Below are positions 20,896 through 30,731 of a stretch of DNA of 64,000 nt, one piece after another. The position numbers were made by a program, and so were the translations under genes. The notes below the pieces were generated by a model, which was given only the letters and a program-made list of their open reading frames with translations, was not told the DNA's origin and made no database searches. Within the stretch, counting starts at the first letter, position 1. Each line of letters opens with the position of its first letter. The DNA is from an uncultured Pseudomonadota bacterium (GTDB taxonomy: Bacteria > Pseudomonadota > Alphaproteobacteria > RF32 > CAG-239), in NCBI GenBank assembly GCA_949295995.1, contig CASFNK010000015.1:6473-70472 (forward strand), read 5' to 3'.

Positions 20896-21843
20896 TTATA
20901 ATAGTTTTTTAACACCTAAAATCACATTTTCCCTTTCATTTTTCAGCCCATGGTAACAAGATAAAATTTCGACATCGGCTTTGAGTTTATTCCGAAACCA
21001 AGTCATCTGTCTTTTAGCATATTGTCTGGTATGAAGTTTCGCCAAGTTGCAAGCCTCATCAAAAGTCATTTTTCCTTCGACAAAAGCCAAAAGTTCGGGC
21101 ACGCCGAGAGCTTTCATTGCCGGCAAATTTTTATCCAAATGAAGATGAGCCAATTCTTCAATTTCTTTCAAAGCCCCTTGCTCCATCATTTTATCCCAGC
21201 GAATAAAACATCTTTCATCAAGTTCTTCTCTTGATGGCAAAATTTTAACCACAATAAAACGAGCTTCGGGAATTTTTTTAATCATTGGCTTTTGGTGCCA
21301 TTCACTCAAAGGAATACCTGTCTGCAACCACACTTCAAAAGCGCGTCTGACGCGTGTGGTGTCATTGGGACTGAGGCGACTTGCGGTTATTGGGTCATGA
21401 AGAGCCAATTCTTCATGGAGTTTATTTACCCCTATTTCATGCAGTTTTTGCATCACTTTTTGCCGCACATTGACTGATGTTTCGGGAATAGGTGTTGTAC
21501 CCTGCATCAAATTGTCCAAATAAAGTCCCGTTCCACCGACCACAATCGGCATTTTACCTTCTGCCCAACAATTTTTAATTTCTTCGACAGCCAGATTAAG
21601 CCAATCCACCACCGACCCGTTCACATCAGGAGAAAAAATTTCATACAAACGGTGCTCAACTCGTTTTTTATCATCTTCACTAGGGGCAGCCGAAATAACA
21701 GGCGTCCCTTGATAAATTTGCATTGAATCCGCATTAATGACCACACCGTTAAAGGCCTCAGCCAAATCAATGGCCAAAGCAGATTTTCCCGAAGCGGTCG
21801 GACCGGCAACCACAATCACCTTATTCTTAAAATTGCGATTCAA
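20896..21843 (-). CDS. miaA: tRNA dimethylallyltransferase MiaA
   Basis: P-loop GPTASGKS. TTG start with AAAGGA 8 nt upstream. Confidence 0.9.
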   Translation of the reverse strand: MNRNFKNKVIVVAGPTASGKSALAIDLAEAFNGVVINADSMQIYQGTPVISAAPSEDDKKRVEHRLYEIFSPDVNGSVVDWLNLAVEEIKNCWAEGKMPIVVGGTGLYLDNLMQGTTPIPETSVNVRQKVMQKLHEIGVNKLHEELALHDPITASRLSPNDTTRVRRAFEVWLQTGIPLSEWHQKPMIKKIPEARFIVVKILPSREELDERCFIRWDKMMEQGALKEIEELAHLHLDKNLPAMKALGVPELLAFVEGKMTFDEACNLAKLHTRQYAKRQMTWFRNKLKADVEILSCYHGLKNERENVILGVKKLL

Positions 21844-21924
21844 AACAAAATCCTTTATTTAAACAAATTTTGTGCTATTGTAACGCCCAAGTTTTGATAT
21901 TTTATTAAGAAAGACCTTTCACAG

Positions 21925-22713
21925 ATGAAAAAGACTATTTTTTTTGCCGCTTTACTGACGTTTTTGAGCAAGCCTGCCTTTGCATTTAACGCCACACATG
22001 ACTTTACGGTTTTTTTAGGACCTTTCAACGCCAGCAAAACCTCTTTCAACTATGCCCTGGATAGCAATAACTACGCTGTTTCATCAAAAGTTCGCACGGC
22101 AGGATTTTTTGACACATTATACCCGTTTGAAGCCAATTATGCCACCACCGGCAAAATTGTCGCCGATAAACTAGAAACCACCAGCTATAAATATCAATCC
22201 CAATCACGTTTTACCAATCGCAAAAAAGAATTGGTTTACAACGAAGACGGTCAACCCATCTATCGTATAAGCTCAAAAAACGGAAAAGAGAAAAAAGTCG
22301 AATTAACGCCATCACCCCAAAATGATGAAACCACGGATTTGCAAACCGTCTTTGCCGAATTGGCGCGCCAATACAACAAAGTAAAATTTTGCGATTCCCG
22401 AATGGAAGTTTTTGATGGCAAAAGACGCTTTGATGTTATTTTTAAGGATGAAGGACAAGAAGAGCTTACGCCCAACGAATATATGCCCTTCCAAGGCACC
22501 GCCAGCAAATGCTCCATGTATATTGATAAGCTAGATTCTTCCGGCGATGACTTGCTTTGGCAAATCACATCTGACCGTCCGATTTATTTCTGGATTTTAA
22601 CCGATAAAGAGACTAATATACCTTTCATCGCCCAAATTCATATTGATGATACCCCTTTGGGCAAACTTGATGTCTATACATCAAACATAACCATAAATTC
22701 ACAAAGAGGATAA
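21925..22713 (+). CDS. Hypothetical secreted protein (262 aa)
   Basis: Signal peptide MKKTIFFAALLTFLSKPAFA; no known motif. Confidence 0.55.
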   Translation: MKKTIFFAALLTFLSKPAFAFNATHDFTVFLGPFNASKTSFNYALDSNNYAVSSKVRTAGFFDTLYPFEANYATTGKIVADKLETTSYKYQSQSRFTNRKKELVYNEDGQPIYRISSKNGKEKKVELTPSPQNDETTDLQTVFAELARQYNKVKFCDSRMEVFDGKRRFDVIFKDEGQEELTPNEYMPFQGTASKCSMYIDKLDSSGDDLLWQITSDRPIYFWILTDKETNIPFIAQIHIDDTPLGKLDVYTSNITINSQRG

Positions 22714-22714
22714 A

Positions 22715-24148
22715 ATGTTAGATAGAGCTGAATTGCTTCTTCCGGCCGGATCTCTGGTCAAATTAAAAACCGCCATACTCTACGGTGCCGACGCCGTTTA
22801 TGCCGGCACACCGGATATGTGCCTACGCGCTCAATCCAAGATGACGCTGGAAGACTTGGAAGAAGGCATTAAATTTGTGCACCAAAAAGGCAAAAAAATC
22901 TACCTAACCTTAAACCTATTTATGCATAATTCAGACGCCGCCAAATTACCGCAATTTGTTGAAACTTTGCGCCACCTTGGTCCGGACGGAGTTTTGATTG
23001 CCGACCCCGGTGTTTTTCAATATGTCAAAGACCACGCCCCTGAATTAAACCTCTTTGTTTCAACTCAGGCAAATATATGCTCCTCTTTAGCCGTTCAGTT
23101 TTGGCAAAACCAAGGAGCCAAGCTCTGCGTTTTAGGACGAGAAGTTACCTTTGCGGAGATGAAAGAAATTCGCGAACAATGCCCCGATATTTTGCTTGAG
23201 TGCTTTATGCACGGTGCAATGTGTATGTCTTATTCCGGCAGATGTTTAATCTCCAACTATCTGGCAGACCGCAGCGCCAACCAAGGCAAATGCGCCCATT
23301 GTTGCCGCTGGCACTATAAATTACACTTACGTCTCAAAGACGGCACCATCAAAGAAATCGAAATCAACGACCAAAACAAAGACGCCTTTGAATTTTTGTT
23401 GGAAGAAGAATTTCGTCCCGGAGAATATTTTGAAGTTGTTGAAGACGAGCACGGCGGTTACATTTTGAATTCCAAAGATATGTGCTTGCTTCCTCGCTTA
23501 CCGGACTTGCTGAACATCGGCATGGATTCTCTTAAAGTTGAAGGACGCAACAAAACCGAATATTATGCCGCCATTGTAGCCCGTACTTACCGCCAAGCCA
23601 TTGATGATTATTACAAATCACCGCAAACTTGGGACTATAAAAACTATATGAACGAGCTCTACACATTGCAAAATCGCGGTTATTGCCTGGGTTTTCATGA
23701 TGGCAAATTAACCAACATCAGCCAAAACTATGAATATACCCGCACCCTAGGCGATTGGCTTTTCGCAGGTTCTATCATTGAGTGGCTTGACGACAAAGCT
23801 GTTTTTGAAATTCGTAATTATATTGACCAAGGAGAATATATTGAGTTTCTCATTCCAAACGGTCTGCAAAATATCCGCGTAACATTCAATGAGTTTGAAG
23901 ACGCCAACACCCATGAAATCAGCACAAAAGTTTCAGCCGGGCAAGGCAAAAAAATCCTCATAGACTTTAACCTTGTTAAAGCCGAACTCATCACCAAAGG
24001 CAAAGCCAACAAAGAGCTCTCAGCCTCCCAAGTTAAAGAGCTTTTGCCGCAATACACCATTGCCCGCAAACCGGCTCCTTTAAGTGGAGAGAGCGGCAGC
24101 ATGTTAAGCCACAAAAAAGCAGAATTTAATATTTTGTGCAAGGATTAA
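22715..24148 (+). CDS. Peptidase U32 family protein (YegQ/TrhP-like)
   Basis: U32 signature region E-x-F-x-HGAMCMSYSGRC; 477 aa. Confidence 0.8.
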   Translation: MLDRAELLLPAGSLVKLKTAILYGADAVYAGTPDMCLRAQSKMTLEDLEEGIKFVHQKGKKIYLTLNLFMHNSDAAKLPQFVETLRHLGPDGVLIADPGVFQYVKDHAPELNLFVSTQANICSSLAVQFWQNQGAKLCVLGREVTFAEMKEIREQCPDILLECFMHGAMCMSYSGRCLISNYLADRSANQGKCAHCCRWHYKLHLRLKDGTIKEIEINDQNKDAFEFLLEEEFRPGEYFEVVEDEHGGYILNSKDMCLLPRLPDLLNIGMDSLKVEGRNKTEYYAAIVARTYRQAIDDYYKSPQTWDYKNYMNELYTLQNRGYCLGFHDGKLTNISQNYEYTRTLGDWLFAGSIIEWLDDKAVFEIRNYIDQGEYIEFLIPNGLQNIRVTFNEFEDANTHEISTKVSAGQGKKILIDFNLVKAELITKGKANKELSASQVKELLPQYTIARKPAPLSGESGSMLSHKKAEFNILCKD

Positions 24149-24151
24149 GAT

Positions 24152-24433
24152 TTAATTCGTCCCACCGGTTTTCAGACAATAATCCTGATGTTGCAAGCGG
24201 TATTTTTGGTAAATTTCGCATTGCTTACATAAGCAACCTTTGCTTTTCACGATACAACGGCTTTTTTCAAAAGCGCAAAACATCAATTCCAAATGTTTAA
24301 TCTTATCAACTTCGGTCATAAGTTTATAAGACGTGCCGACCGTATTTTTAATTTGGCAAATTTGCGAATAGGAAGGACATTGCAAACAAAGACATTTCTG
24401 CACATTTTCTTTTGATTTTTCAATTTTGCGCAT
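24152..24433 (-). CDS. Cysteine-rich small protein (93 aa)
   Basis: Contains CLCLQCPSY...CAF...RC...CLCKQCE. Strong RBS (GAGGAGGG) 4 nt before the ATG at 24433. The longer track ORF to 24577 overlaps acyP and is rejected. Confidence 0.5.
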   Translation of the reverse strand: MRKIEKSKENVQKCLCLQCPSYSQICQIKNTVGTSYKLMTEVDKIKHLELMFCAFEKSRCIVKSKGCLCKQCEIYQKYRLQHQDYCLKTGGTN

Positions 24434-24449
24434 TATTCCCTCCTCAAAA

Positions 24450-24740
24450 TCAAAATCGCTTAAAAACACCCTCTTCAATCGGCGGCAAAAAGCAAGACCA
24501 TCTCCCCACCACAAAGGAGACGGAATCAACTCTTGCCAAAGGCGGTCCGGAATGGCAAGCCAACACCATTTCATCAATTTTTTCTTCTTCGCCGCGCATC
24601 ATAATCTCAACTGAACCATCCGTTTCATTATGCACCCAACCGGACAGCCCGCCGATTTCATTAGCGGTTTTCACCGCCCACCAACGAAATCCGATACCTT
24701 GAACGCGACCTTGAATTTTGATAAAGACTTCTTTTTGCAT
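24450..24740 (-). CDS. acyP: Acylphosphatase
   Basis: VQGIGFR signature; 96 aa. Confidence 0.8.
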   Translation of the reverse strand: MQKEVFIKIQGRVQGIGFRWWAVKTANEIGGLSGWVHNETDGSVEIMMRGEEEKIDEMVLACHSGPPLARVDSVSFVVGRWSCFLPPIEEGVFKRF

Positions 24741-25240
24741 TATTTTTTCAAAAAATCTTCCACATCTTTGAGTTCTTGCTTAATCTCATCGCGACGTTTA
24801 TCGGCTTGTTCATCATGCCCCCATTTATCGGCTTGCCAAATTTCTTCCAAAAAAGCGGCTTTAAAAGTCTCATCGGCATTTACTTTTCCTTTAACGAACG
24901 CCGCCGCCAAAAGAACCGATTTGGTTATTTTTGAGACTTCGTAAAAAGCAACCAGTTCTTTATCCGATAGAGATTCCAAAAAGACCTGCAAACGAGGTAA
25001 CGAAGCGTTATTTTCAATAGGAGCTTCCAAACTCTGAGTTGTTTGAAAATCAATTTTCATTTTTTCCCTGGCCCACGCAACAATCGGATCCCAAACTTTG
25101 CGTTCTTCTTCAATCAGTTCAACCGCATCAGGGCTCCGAAACAAGAGCGTATCGGTTAAAGAAAAATTGACCATACGTTCAATAATTTCCGCCCGATGTT
25201 GCGACACATCTTTCACCATCGCTTTAAAATCAGTAGTCAT
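24740..25240 (-). CDS. ATP12-family (ATP synthase F1 assembly chaperone-like) protein, short form
   Basis: C-terminal region resembles ATP12 family. 166 aa is shorter than typical. Confidence 0.45.
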   Translation of the reverse strand: MTTDFKAMVKDVSQHRAEIIERMVNFSLTDTLLFRSPDAVELIEEERKVWDPIVAWAREKMKIDFQTTQSLEAPIENNASLPRLQVFLESLSDKELVAFYEVSKITKSVLLAAAFVKGKVNADETFKAAFLEEIWQADKWGHDEQADKRRDEIKQELKDVEDFLKK

Positions 25241-25252
25241 AAGTTTTGTCTC

Positions 25253-27424
25253 CTAGAAAGATTTTAATAATGTCTTCAAATTATCGCGAATATCACGTAC
25301 ACTTTTTTCAATTTCTTTTCCGGTAGCTTTGACAGCCGCTTTTGTATCATTAACGGCGTCATTTTTAATTGTTGACACTTTGCTTGGTGCCGGAAATTGA
25401 TTGGCAAAAGGCGTATTTTTCAAAGCTGTCCAACAAGGGCTGCTTCCGCTATCCAAAATAAGTTGTGAGCCGATAAACGCCGGCCCCGTTGTTGCCACCC
25501 CTACCAAAGTCTGCAGAGCTTGTTTTTCATCAATAGAGATTTTAGGATTTTCAAGTGTTCCTTTAACTTTAATAAAAGAACTGAGAGCCTGAGCAACATT
25601 TGTTTCCGCCAATCCCAAAGAAGGTGTAATGGTAAAATCAATATCATCATTCACCATATTAACCACTCCATCGCTCACCAAATTAAGCTGGCTGGATTGA
25701 ATAGCAATACTTTGCGGAAATTTAGCTTTGCCAGAGCCTAAATCTGTTCTGACCACGGCACATTGCAAATTAATTTCAGGATTTTTATTAACTTTAAAAT
25801 CAATCATACTCAAGAGTTGGGTTAAAATATTTCCGGTCAAAAAGTGCAAACTTCCTGTATTCACCACCGATTCACCTACAATTGTAACAACTTGACCATT
25901 GAGGTTTTGCACCAACTGTCGATAAGTTGTCCCTTGAGTGGCAACATCGGCAAACACCTGAGTTTGACCTCCAGACTTAATACCGAAATCTTGAGGATTT
26001 TCGACCACAAATTCTTTGTGCAAATCTTGGAGTAAAATATTTTTGCTGTTTAATTTCAGCACAATTTTTTGCGCATTAGAATCAACATTCAGCTGAGCCT
26101 CAATATCCCCTTGCCCAAAATCAAAAACCAAAGGATTAACATTGAGTACGCCATTTTTCAAGCCCGCCGTCAAAGCCACATTTTGTGCCGACATAGCCTC
26201 GTTTACAATCAAGTTTTTAACATTAAGAATTACATTGGCGTTAAGCGTATTTAAAACCTCGTAGGGTACTTTCTCATCAGGAACAAGTTGAGAGGCTTGC
26301 GCTGTTCCGATAATGCTAAAATTAGGTAAGTTCAGAGCCAAAGGCTCCTGAGCATTAAAGGATTGCAAATCAATTTGTGCCGAATTTAAGTTTGCTTTAA
26401 CATAGGGTTTCGCAGTACTAATATCAGCTTCAACCGTACCGGCAATGACATTTCCCGCCAAAGTCAAAGACGAAATATCCGCTTTTATATTTTTGGTATT
26501 ACCGCTCAAATCAGCAATCAAAGTAGCCTCGGGTACTTCAAAATTTCCGGCTGGATTATAAACATTAACCGCCAAGTCATAACCAATATCCGACATAATG
26601 TTTTTAAGCACACCTTTGGCTTTTGCCTGTACTTGATAAGCCTTCACATTAACATCGATATTATAAGGATTTTCGGACATCAAAAATTCATTAACCGAGC
26701 CTAAAACCGCCTGCCCGACAATCGGTTGATTATTATAAGTTACATCAAAATCAAGGCTAATCGGCGCATCCATACTATCCATAGACAAATGAAAAGTATT
26801 AATCCCGACATTAACCTGACTACTTGATTGCAAATTATCAAACATCAAAATCGCATTTTGAATAATAACGTTTTTAGCGGCAAAACCGGCAATCAAGGCA
26901 TTCACCGGAGCAGGTTCCGCATTCACAACATCTTGCGAAGAAACGGCAACGGGTAACATAACCTCTTCATTCTGCGTTTGCGGAACTTGAGGCTGAGGTA
27001 AATTTTTGGCAGTTGCCACTTCTTCTGCACCCAATACCCAGTTTTCTTTTCCCTGAGCCGATACTTCCAAATAAACCTCTGGCTCACTTAACGTAATATT
27101 ATTGATAATCACTTGTTTTTGAAGCAAAGGAAGTAAAGCAAATTCCAGTTTGAGCTGTTTCACTTTGACCATTTGCGGATATTGCGCCCAAGGAGCATTT
27201 TCCAATTCCACATCATTTATAACTAAAGTCGGGACAAGCGAAATTCCAAGGCTTGCCTCACCGTTAATGGTTAATTTTCGCCCTAACTCTTTTGAGGCTA
27301 AATCTTCGGCATATTTTTTATATTCGTTCAAATCAAATGTTTTGAGAAAATAATATCCACCGCCCAAAACACCAAGGATTAAAACCATAATAACAAAAAA
27401 CAAAACCTTAAAAAATTTTTTCAT
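25253..27424 (-). CDS. AsmA-family outer-membrane assembly protein
   Basis: ATG at 27424 gives an N-terminal TM (MKKFFKVLFFVIMVLILGVL) and a long beta-rich body. It lies 5 nt after the stop of the upstream gene. Confidence 0.75.
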   Translation of the reverse strand: MKKFFKVLFFVIMVLILGVLGGGYYFLKTFDLNEYKKYAEDLASKELGRKLTINGEASLGISLVPTLVINDVELENAPWAQYPQMVKVKQLKLEFALLPLLQKQVIINNITLSEPEVYLEVSAQGKENWVLGAEEVATAKNLPQPQVPQTQNEEVMLPVAVSSQDVVNAEPAPVNALIAGFAAKNVIIQNAILMFDNLQSSSQVNVGINTFHLSMDSMDAPISLDFDVTYNNQPIVGQAVLGSVNEFLMSENPYNIDVNVKAYQVQAKAKGVLKNIMSDIGYDLAVNVYNPAGNFEVPEATLIADLSGNTKNIKADISSLTLAGNVIAGTVEADISTAKPYVKANLNSAQIDLQSFNAQEPLALNLPNFSIIGTAQASQLVPDEKVPYEVLNTLNANVILNVKNLIVNEAMSAQNVALTAGLKNGVLNVNPLVFDFGQGDIEAQLNVDSNAQKIVLKLNSKNILLQDLHKEFVVENPQDFGIKSGGQTQVFADVATQGTTYRQLVQNLNGQVVTIVGESVVNTGSLHFLTGNILTQLLSMIDFKVNKNPEINLQCAVVRTDLGSGKAKFPQSIAIQSSQLNLVSDGVVNMVNDDIDFTITPSLGLAETNVAQALSSFIKVKGTLENPKISIDEKQALQTLVGVATTGPAFIGSQLILDSGSSPCWTALKNTPFANQFPAPSKVSTIKNDAVNDTKAAVKATGKEIEKSVRDIRDNLKTLLKSF

Positions 27425-27428
27425 TCTC

Positions 27429-28361
27429 TTACCCCTTAAACTCAATACCAAGCGTTTTCAAAGCCTCGGCAAAATGCGTCGGCAAGGCAGCCTTAACAAC
27501 CAATTTCTTATTATATAAGGCTGACAAATCAATTTTATAAGCATGAAGATAAAGTTTATCCTGAATATCCTTAAATTTCTGACGCTTTTCTCCGCCAAAA
27601 TATTTATCATCACCGACAATCGGACAACCGATATATTCCATGTGCGCTCTGATTTGGTGTGTCCGCCCCGTCAAAGGCATCGCCTCCACCAAAGCAAATT
27701 TGCTTCCCACTTCATCTAAAACTCTAAAACTTGTAATTGCAGGTTTTCCCTCATCGGTAACCACACACTTCTCACCGATTTTTTCCAAATTAGCTTTAAT
27801 TTCGCCCGATTCTTTTTTAGGAGTATTGCACACCAAAGCTAAATATGTTTTAGGCAATAAATGTTCTCTGAAAGCCTTAGTTAATTTATCGGCCCAAGTT
27901 CGATTCCTTGCCAAAACCAACACTCCGCTTGTGTTTTTATCAATCCGATGCACGAGCTTTGGTTTTTCTGAATTTTCAAAACACAAAGCCTCAAGCATTC
28001 CGTCCACGTGCCTGTCGGTATTAGTTCCCCCCTGCACGGCCAGCCCCGATGGTTTGTTTAACACAATGATATTGTCATCTTTATAAATCACCAAAGAAGT
28101 AATATATTGTGCATCTCTCTTAGCAACTTGAGCCTTATTCTCAACCACATTTTGGTCATCCATCGGTGGCACGCGCACTTCGCTTCCGGCCACTAATTTC
28201 AAACTCGCTTCCGCTCTTTTGCCATCGACTTTAATTTGCTTGGTACGCAAGAGTTTTTGCAATCTTCCTAAAGTCAAATTCGGATAATACTTCAAAAACC
28301 ATCTGTTCAGTCGCATTCCGTCATCTTCTGACTTAACTTTTTTAATTTCAACACCCGACAT
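27429..28361 (-). CDS. RluA-family 23S rRNA pseudouridine synthase (RluC/RluD-like)
   Basis: N-terminal S4-like domain and HRIDKNTSGVLVLARN catalytic motif. Confidence 0.85.
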   Translation of the reverse strand: MSGVEIKKVKSEDDGMRLNRWFLKYYPNLTLGRLQKLLRTKQIKVDGKRAEASLKLVAGSEVRVPPMDDQNVVENKAQVAKRDAQYITSLVIYKDDNIIVLNKPSGLAVQGGTNTDRHVDGMLEALCFENSEKPKLVHRIDKNTSGVLVLARNRTWADKLTKAFREHLLPKTYLALVCNTPKKESGEIKANLEKIGEKCVVTDEGKPAITSFRVLDEVGSKFALVEAMPLTGRTHQIRAHMEYIGCPIVGDDKYFGGEKRQKFKDIQDKLYLHAYKIDLSALYNKKLVVKAALPTHFAEALKTLGIEFKG

Positions 28362-28418
28362 TTTCTTTCCTCACTAATTTGGCTTAGTGTAAAATAAACT
28401 TAAAAGATTTACAAATTT

Positions 28419-28456
28419 AAAACGCAAATCGCCCTGAATAAAAATTCAGAGCGATT
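28419..28456 (-). terminator. Terminator after the 152-aa hypothetical gene
   Basis: 12-bp stem (one mismatch) AATCGCCCTGAA/TTCAGAGCGATT; U-rich after the stem on the minus strand. Confidence 0.45.
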
Positions 28457-28468
28457 TTGCAAAAAGAA

Positions 28469-28927
28469 TCATTTCCGGCGTACATAGTTACACTTTGTCC
28501 GTACTTTTCCGATTTTTTTAGGAACAAAATAATATTTCTTCTGTTCCTTTGCACTTTTAAAAACCGGCTCAAGCACAGGAAGCTCCACTCTTTCTAATTT
28601 ATACAGCGGTTCCAAAAACCTTTTCATTTCAAAACTGCAGTTGCAATTATTAATCTTCACCGCCTCAATACCATACTCATCACGCAAAACGCGTGCCAAT
28701 TCCTCCAAATCCTTCGACGAAGAATTAATTAAGGCCAAAACAAAATCTTTCAAAGAGCTAACGACCTCTTCTCCTTCTTCAAAAGAAGAATCTCCGTAGG
28801 CTCTGACTTCGAGGGGCTCACCTTTTTTCAAAGCAAAGCTAGCCGTTAAGACCTTTCGTCCCATTCCGATGGTGCTCACAAAATAAGAAGACTTTTCTTC
28901 TTTTAAAACATCTTTTTCCATACGCAA
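28469..28927 (-). CDS. Hypothetical protein (152 aa)
   Basis: ORF in the co-directional array, followed by a hairpin terminator. Confidence 0.5.
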   Translation of the reverse strand: MRMEKDVLKEEKSSYFVSTIGMGRKVLTASFALKKGEPLEVRAYGDSSFEEGEEVVSSLKDFVLALINSSSKDLEELARVLRDEYGIEAVKINNCNCSFEMKRFLEPLYKLERVELPVLEPVFKSAKEQKKYYFVPKKIGKVRTKCNYVRRK

Positions 28928-28984
28928 TAAATTTAGAATAATATTATGAAATTACTTTTCATATAAAAGAAAAACACAAAAAAA

Positions 28985-29350
28985 TCAAGCAATAAACAAT
29001 CGCATCATTTTGGCACCAATCAGTAAAAAACCAAAACCGACCACGATTGAACCGGTCAAATAAGCCCCTGCTTCATACCATTTTTGATTAAGCAACAGAT
29101 TATTAAAATCCAACATATAGGTTGAAAAAGTCGTAAAGCCGCCTAAAAATCCGGTAATGATAAAACTTCTAAGCTCTGGACGCAGATTCGTTTTACTCAA
29201 AAAATATTCCGACGCCATACCGATTAACAAAGCCCCGATAACATTAGTCAACATCACCCCCCAATGAGATGAAATTTTAGAAGTAACCAACCAACGTAAA
29301 ATTGACCCGATTCCCCCACCGAGAAAAATACCAAAAATTACCATTTTCAT
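28985..29350 (-). CDS. crcB: Fluoride ion channel CrcB (Fluc)
   Basis: 121 aa with four TM helices and a GFxGGxTTFSTF motif. Confidence 0.85.
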   Translation of the reverse strand: MKMVIFGIFLGGGIGSILRWLVTSKISSHWGVMLTNVIGALLIGMASEYFLSKTNLRPELRSFIITGFLGGFTTFSTYMLDFNNLLLNQKWYEAGAYLTGSIVVGFGFLLIGAKMMRLFIA

Positions 29351-30666
29351 TGTCCTTGCTGTTTTTTGCGTGCTTGCTTTTCAATACGCAACTTATCAAA
29401 ATAGTCCACACGTTTTTTTATTTCTCTTTCAAAGCCTCTGTCAACCGGAAAATAGAGTTTAACTCTGCTCATTCCGTCGGGAAAATAATTAGCTCCTGAA
29501 AAACCGTCTTCGCAATCAGGATCATATTCATATCCTTCATTATAACCAAGCTGCTTCATTAATTTTGTCGGTGCATTTAAGATATTTTTCGGAGGCATGA
29601 GAGAGCCTGTTTTTCTGGCCAACTCACGAGCCTTATGCATTGCCTTATAAACCCCGACGGATTTAGGAGCTGTAGCCAAATAAGCCACCAATTGCATAAT
29701 CGCCAAATCGCCTTCGGGCGAGCCCAAACGCTCATACGTCTCCCAACAAGCAATGGCTTGTGTTACGGCATTAGGTTCTGCCAAAGACACATCTTCCACC
29801 GCAAAACGCGTTAAACGCCGCAATAAATACTTCGGATCTTCTCCGGCTTCCAACATACGCGCCGCCCAATACAACGCTGCATCAACATCGGAACCTCGTA
29901 AAGATTTATGCACCGCAGAGATAAGGTTATAATGCCCATCACGCCCTTTGTCATAAATTGGAGCCCGAGAACGAATCACTTTCAAAATTGAATCTTTATC
30001 AAAAATTTCGCCCTCTTTGGCGTATGCCCAAACACTTTCCGCCAGATTCAAAATATAGCGCCCATCACCATCGGCGGTTGACTTCATAATCTGTCTGGCA
30101 TCTTCATCTACTGGCAATTTACGCCCAACTTCGCGTTCGGCTCGTTTTAACAATTCCTCAAAATCATCTTCATCAAGCCTGTTCAGCACAAAGACCTGAC
30201 ATCTGGAAAGCAAAGCGGAATTAAGTTCAAACGACGGATTTTCGGTTGTAGCACCCACCAAAATCACCGTTCCGTCTTCCACGTATGGCAAAAAACCATC
30301 TTGTTGCGATTTATTAAATCTGTGAATTTCATCTACAAACAAGAGAGTTCCTTTGCCCTGATTAGCACGGCGTTCTTGCGCATATTGAAACACGCGCTTC
30401 AAATCAGCCACACCGGAAAACACAGCTGAAATTTGTTCAAAATAAAGATTTGTATGTTCGGCAATCAAACGAGCAATAGTCGTTTTTCCGCACCCTGGAG
30501 GCCCCCACAAAATGAACGACGTAATTTTACCGCTTTTGAGCATTCGACCCAAAGGCGCGTCATCACCGACAATATGGTCTTGTCCCACAACTTCTTCAAG
30601 ACTTTGCGGACGCAACCTATCGGCCAAAGGTCTTTTAACCTTATTTGAAAACAGCGTTTCTTCCAT
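29347..30666 (-). CDS. rarA: Replication-associated recombination protein A (AAA+ ATPase)
   Basis: GPPGCGKTT Walker A, LLFVDEIHR Walker B, and the MgsA C-terminal domain. Confidence 0.9.
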   Translation of the reverse strand: MEETLFSNKVKRPLADRLRPQSLEEVVGQDHIVGDDAPLGRMLKSGKITSFILWGPPGCGKTTIARLIAEHTNLYFEQISAVFSGVADLKRVFQYAQERRANQGKGTLLFVDEIHRFNKSQQDGFLPYVEDGTVILVGATTENPSFELNSALLSRCQVFVLNRLDEDDFEELLKRAEREVGRKLPVDEDARQIMKSTADGDGRYILNLAESVWAYAKEGEIFDKDSILKVIRSRAPIYDKGRDGHYNLISAVHKSLRGSDVDAALYWAARMLEAGEDPKYLLRRLTRFAVEDVSLAEPNAVTQAIACWETYERLGSPEGDLAIMQLVAYLATAPKSVGVYKAMHKARELARKTGSLMPPKNILNAPTKLMKQLGYNEGYEYDPDCEDGFSGANYFPDGMSRVKLYFPVDRGFEREIKKRVDYFDKLRIEKQARKKQQGQ

Positions 30667-30731
30667 CTCACATCGATTCGTTTGAATTTTTGCTTATAAT
30701 AGCAGAATTTGCGCCAAATTCCAGTTGAAAA

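Noticed and set aside
24152-24577. Longer 141-aa form of the Cys-rich ORF
   Set aside because: It would overlap acyP by 128 nt in another frame. The internal ATG at 24433 with a strong RBS is preferred.
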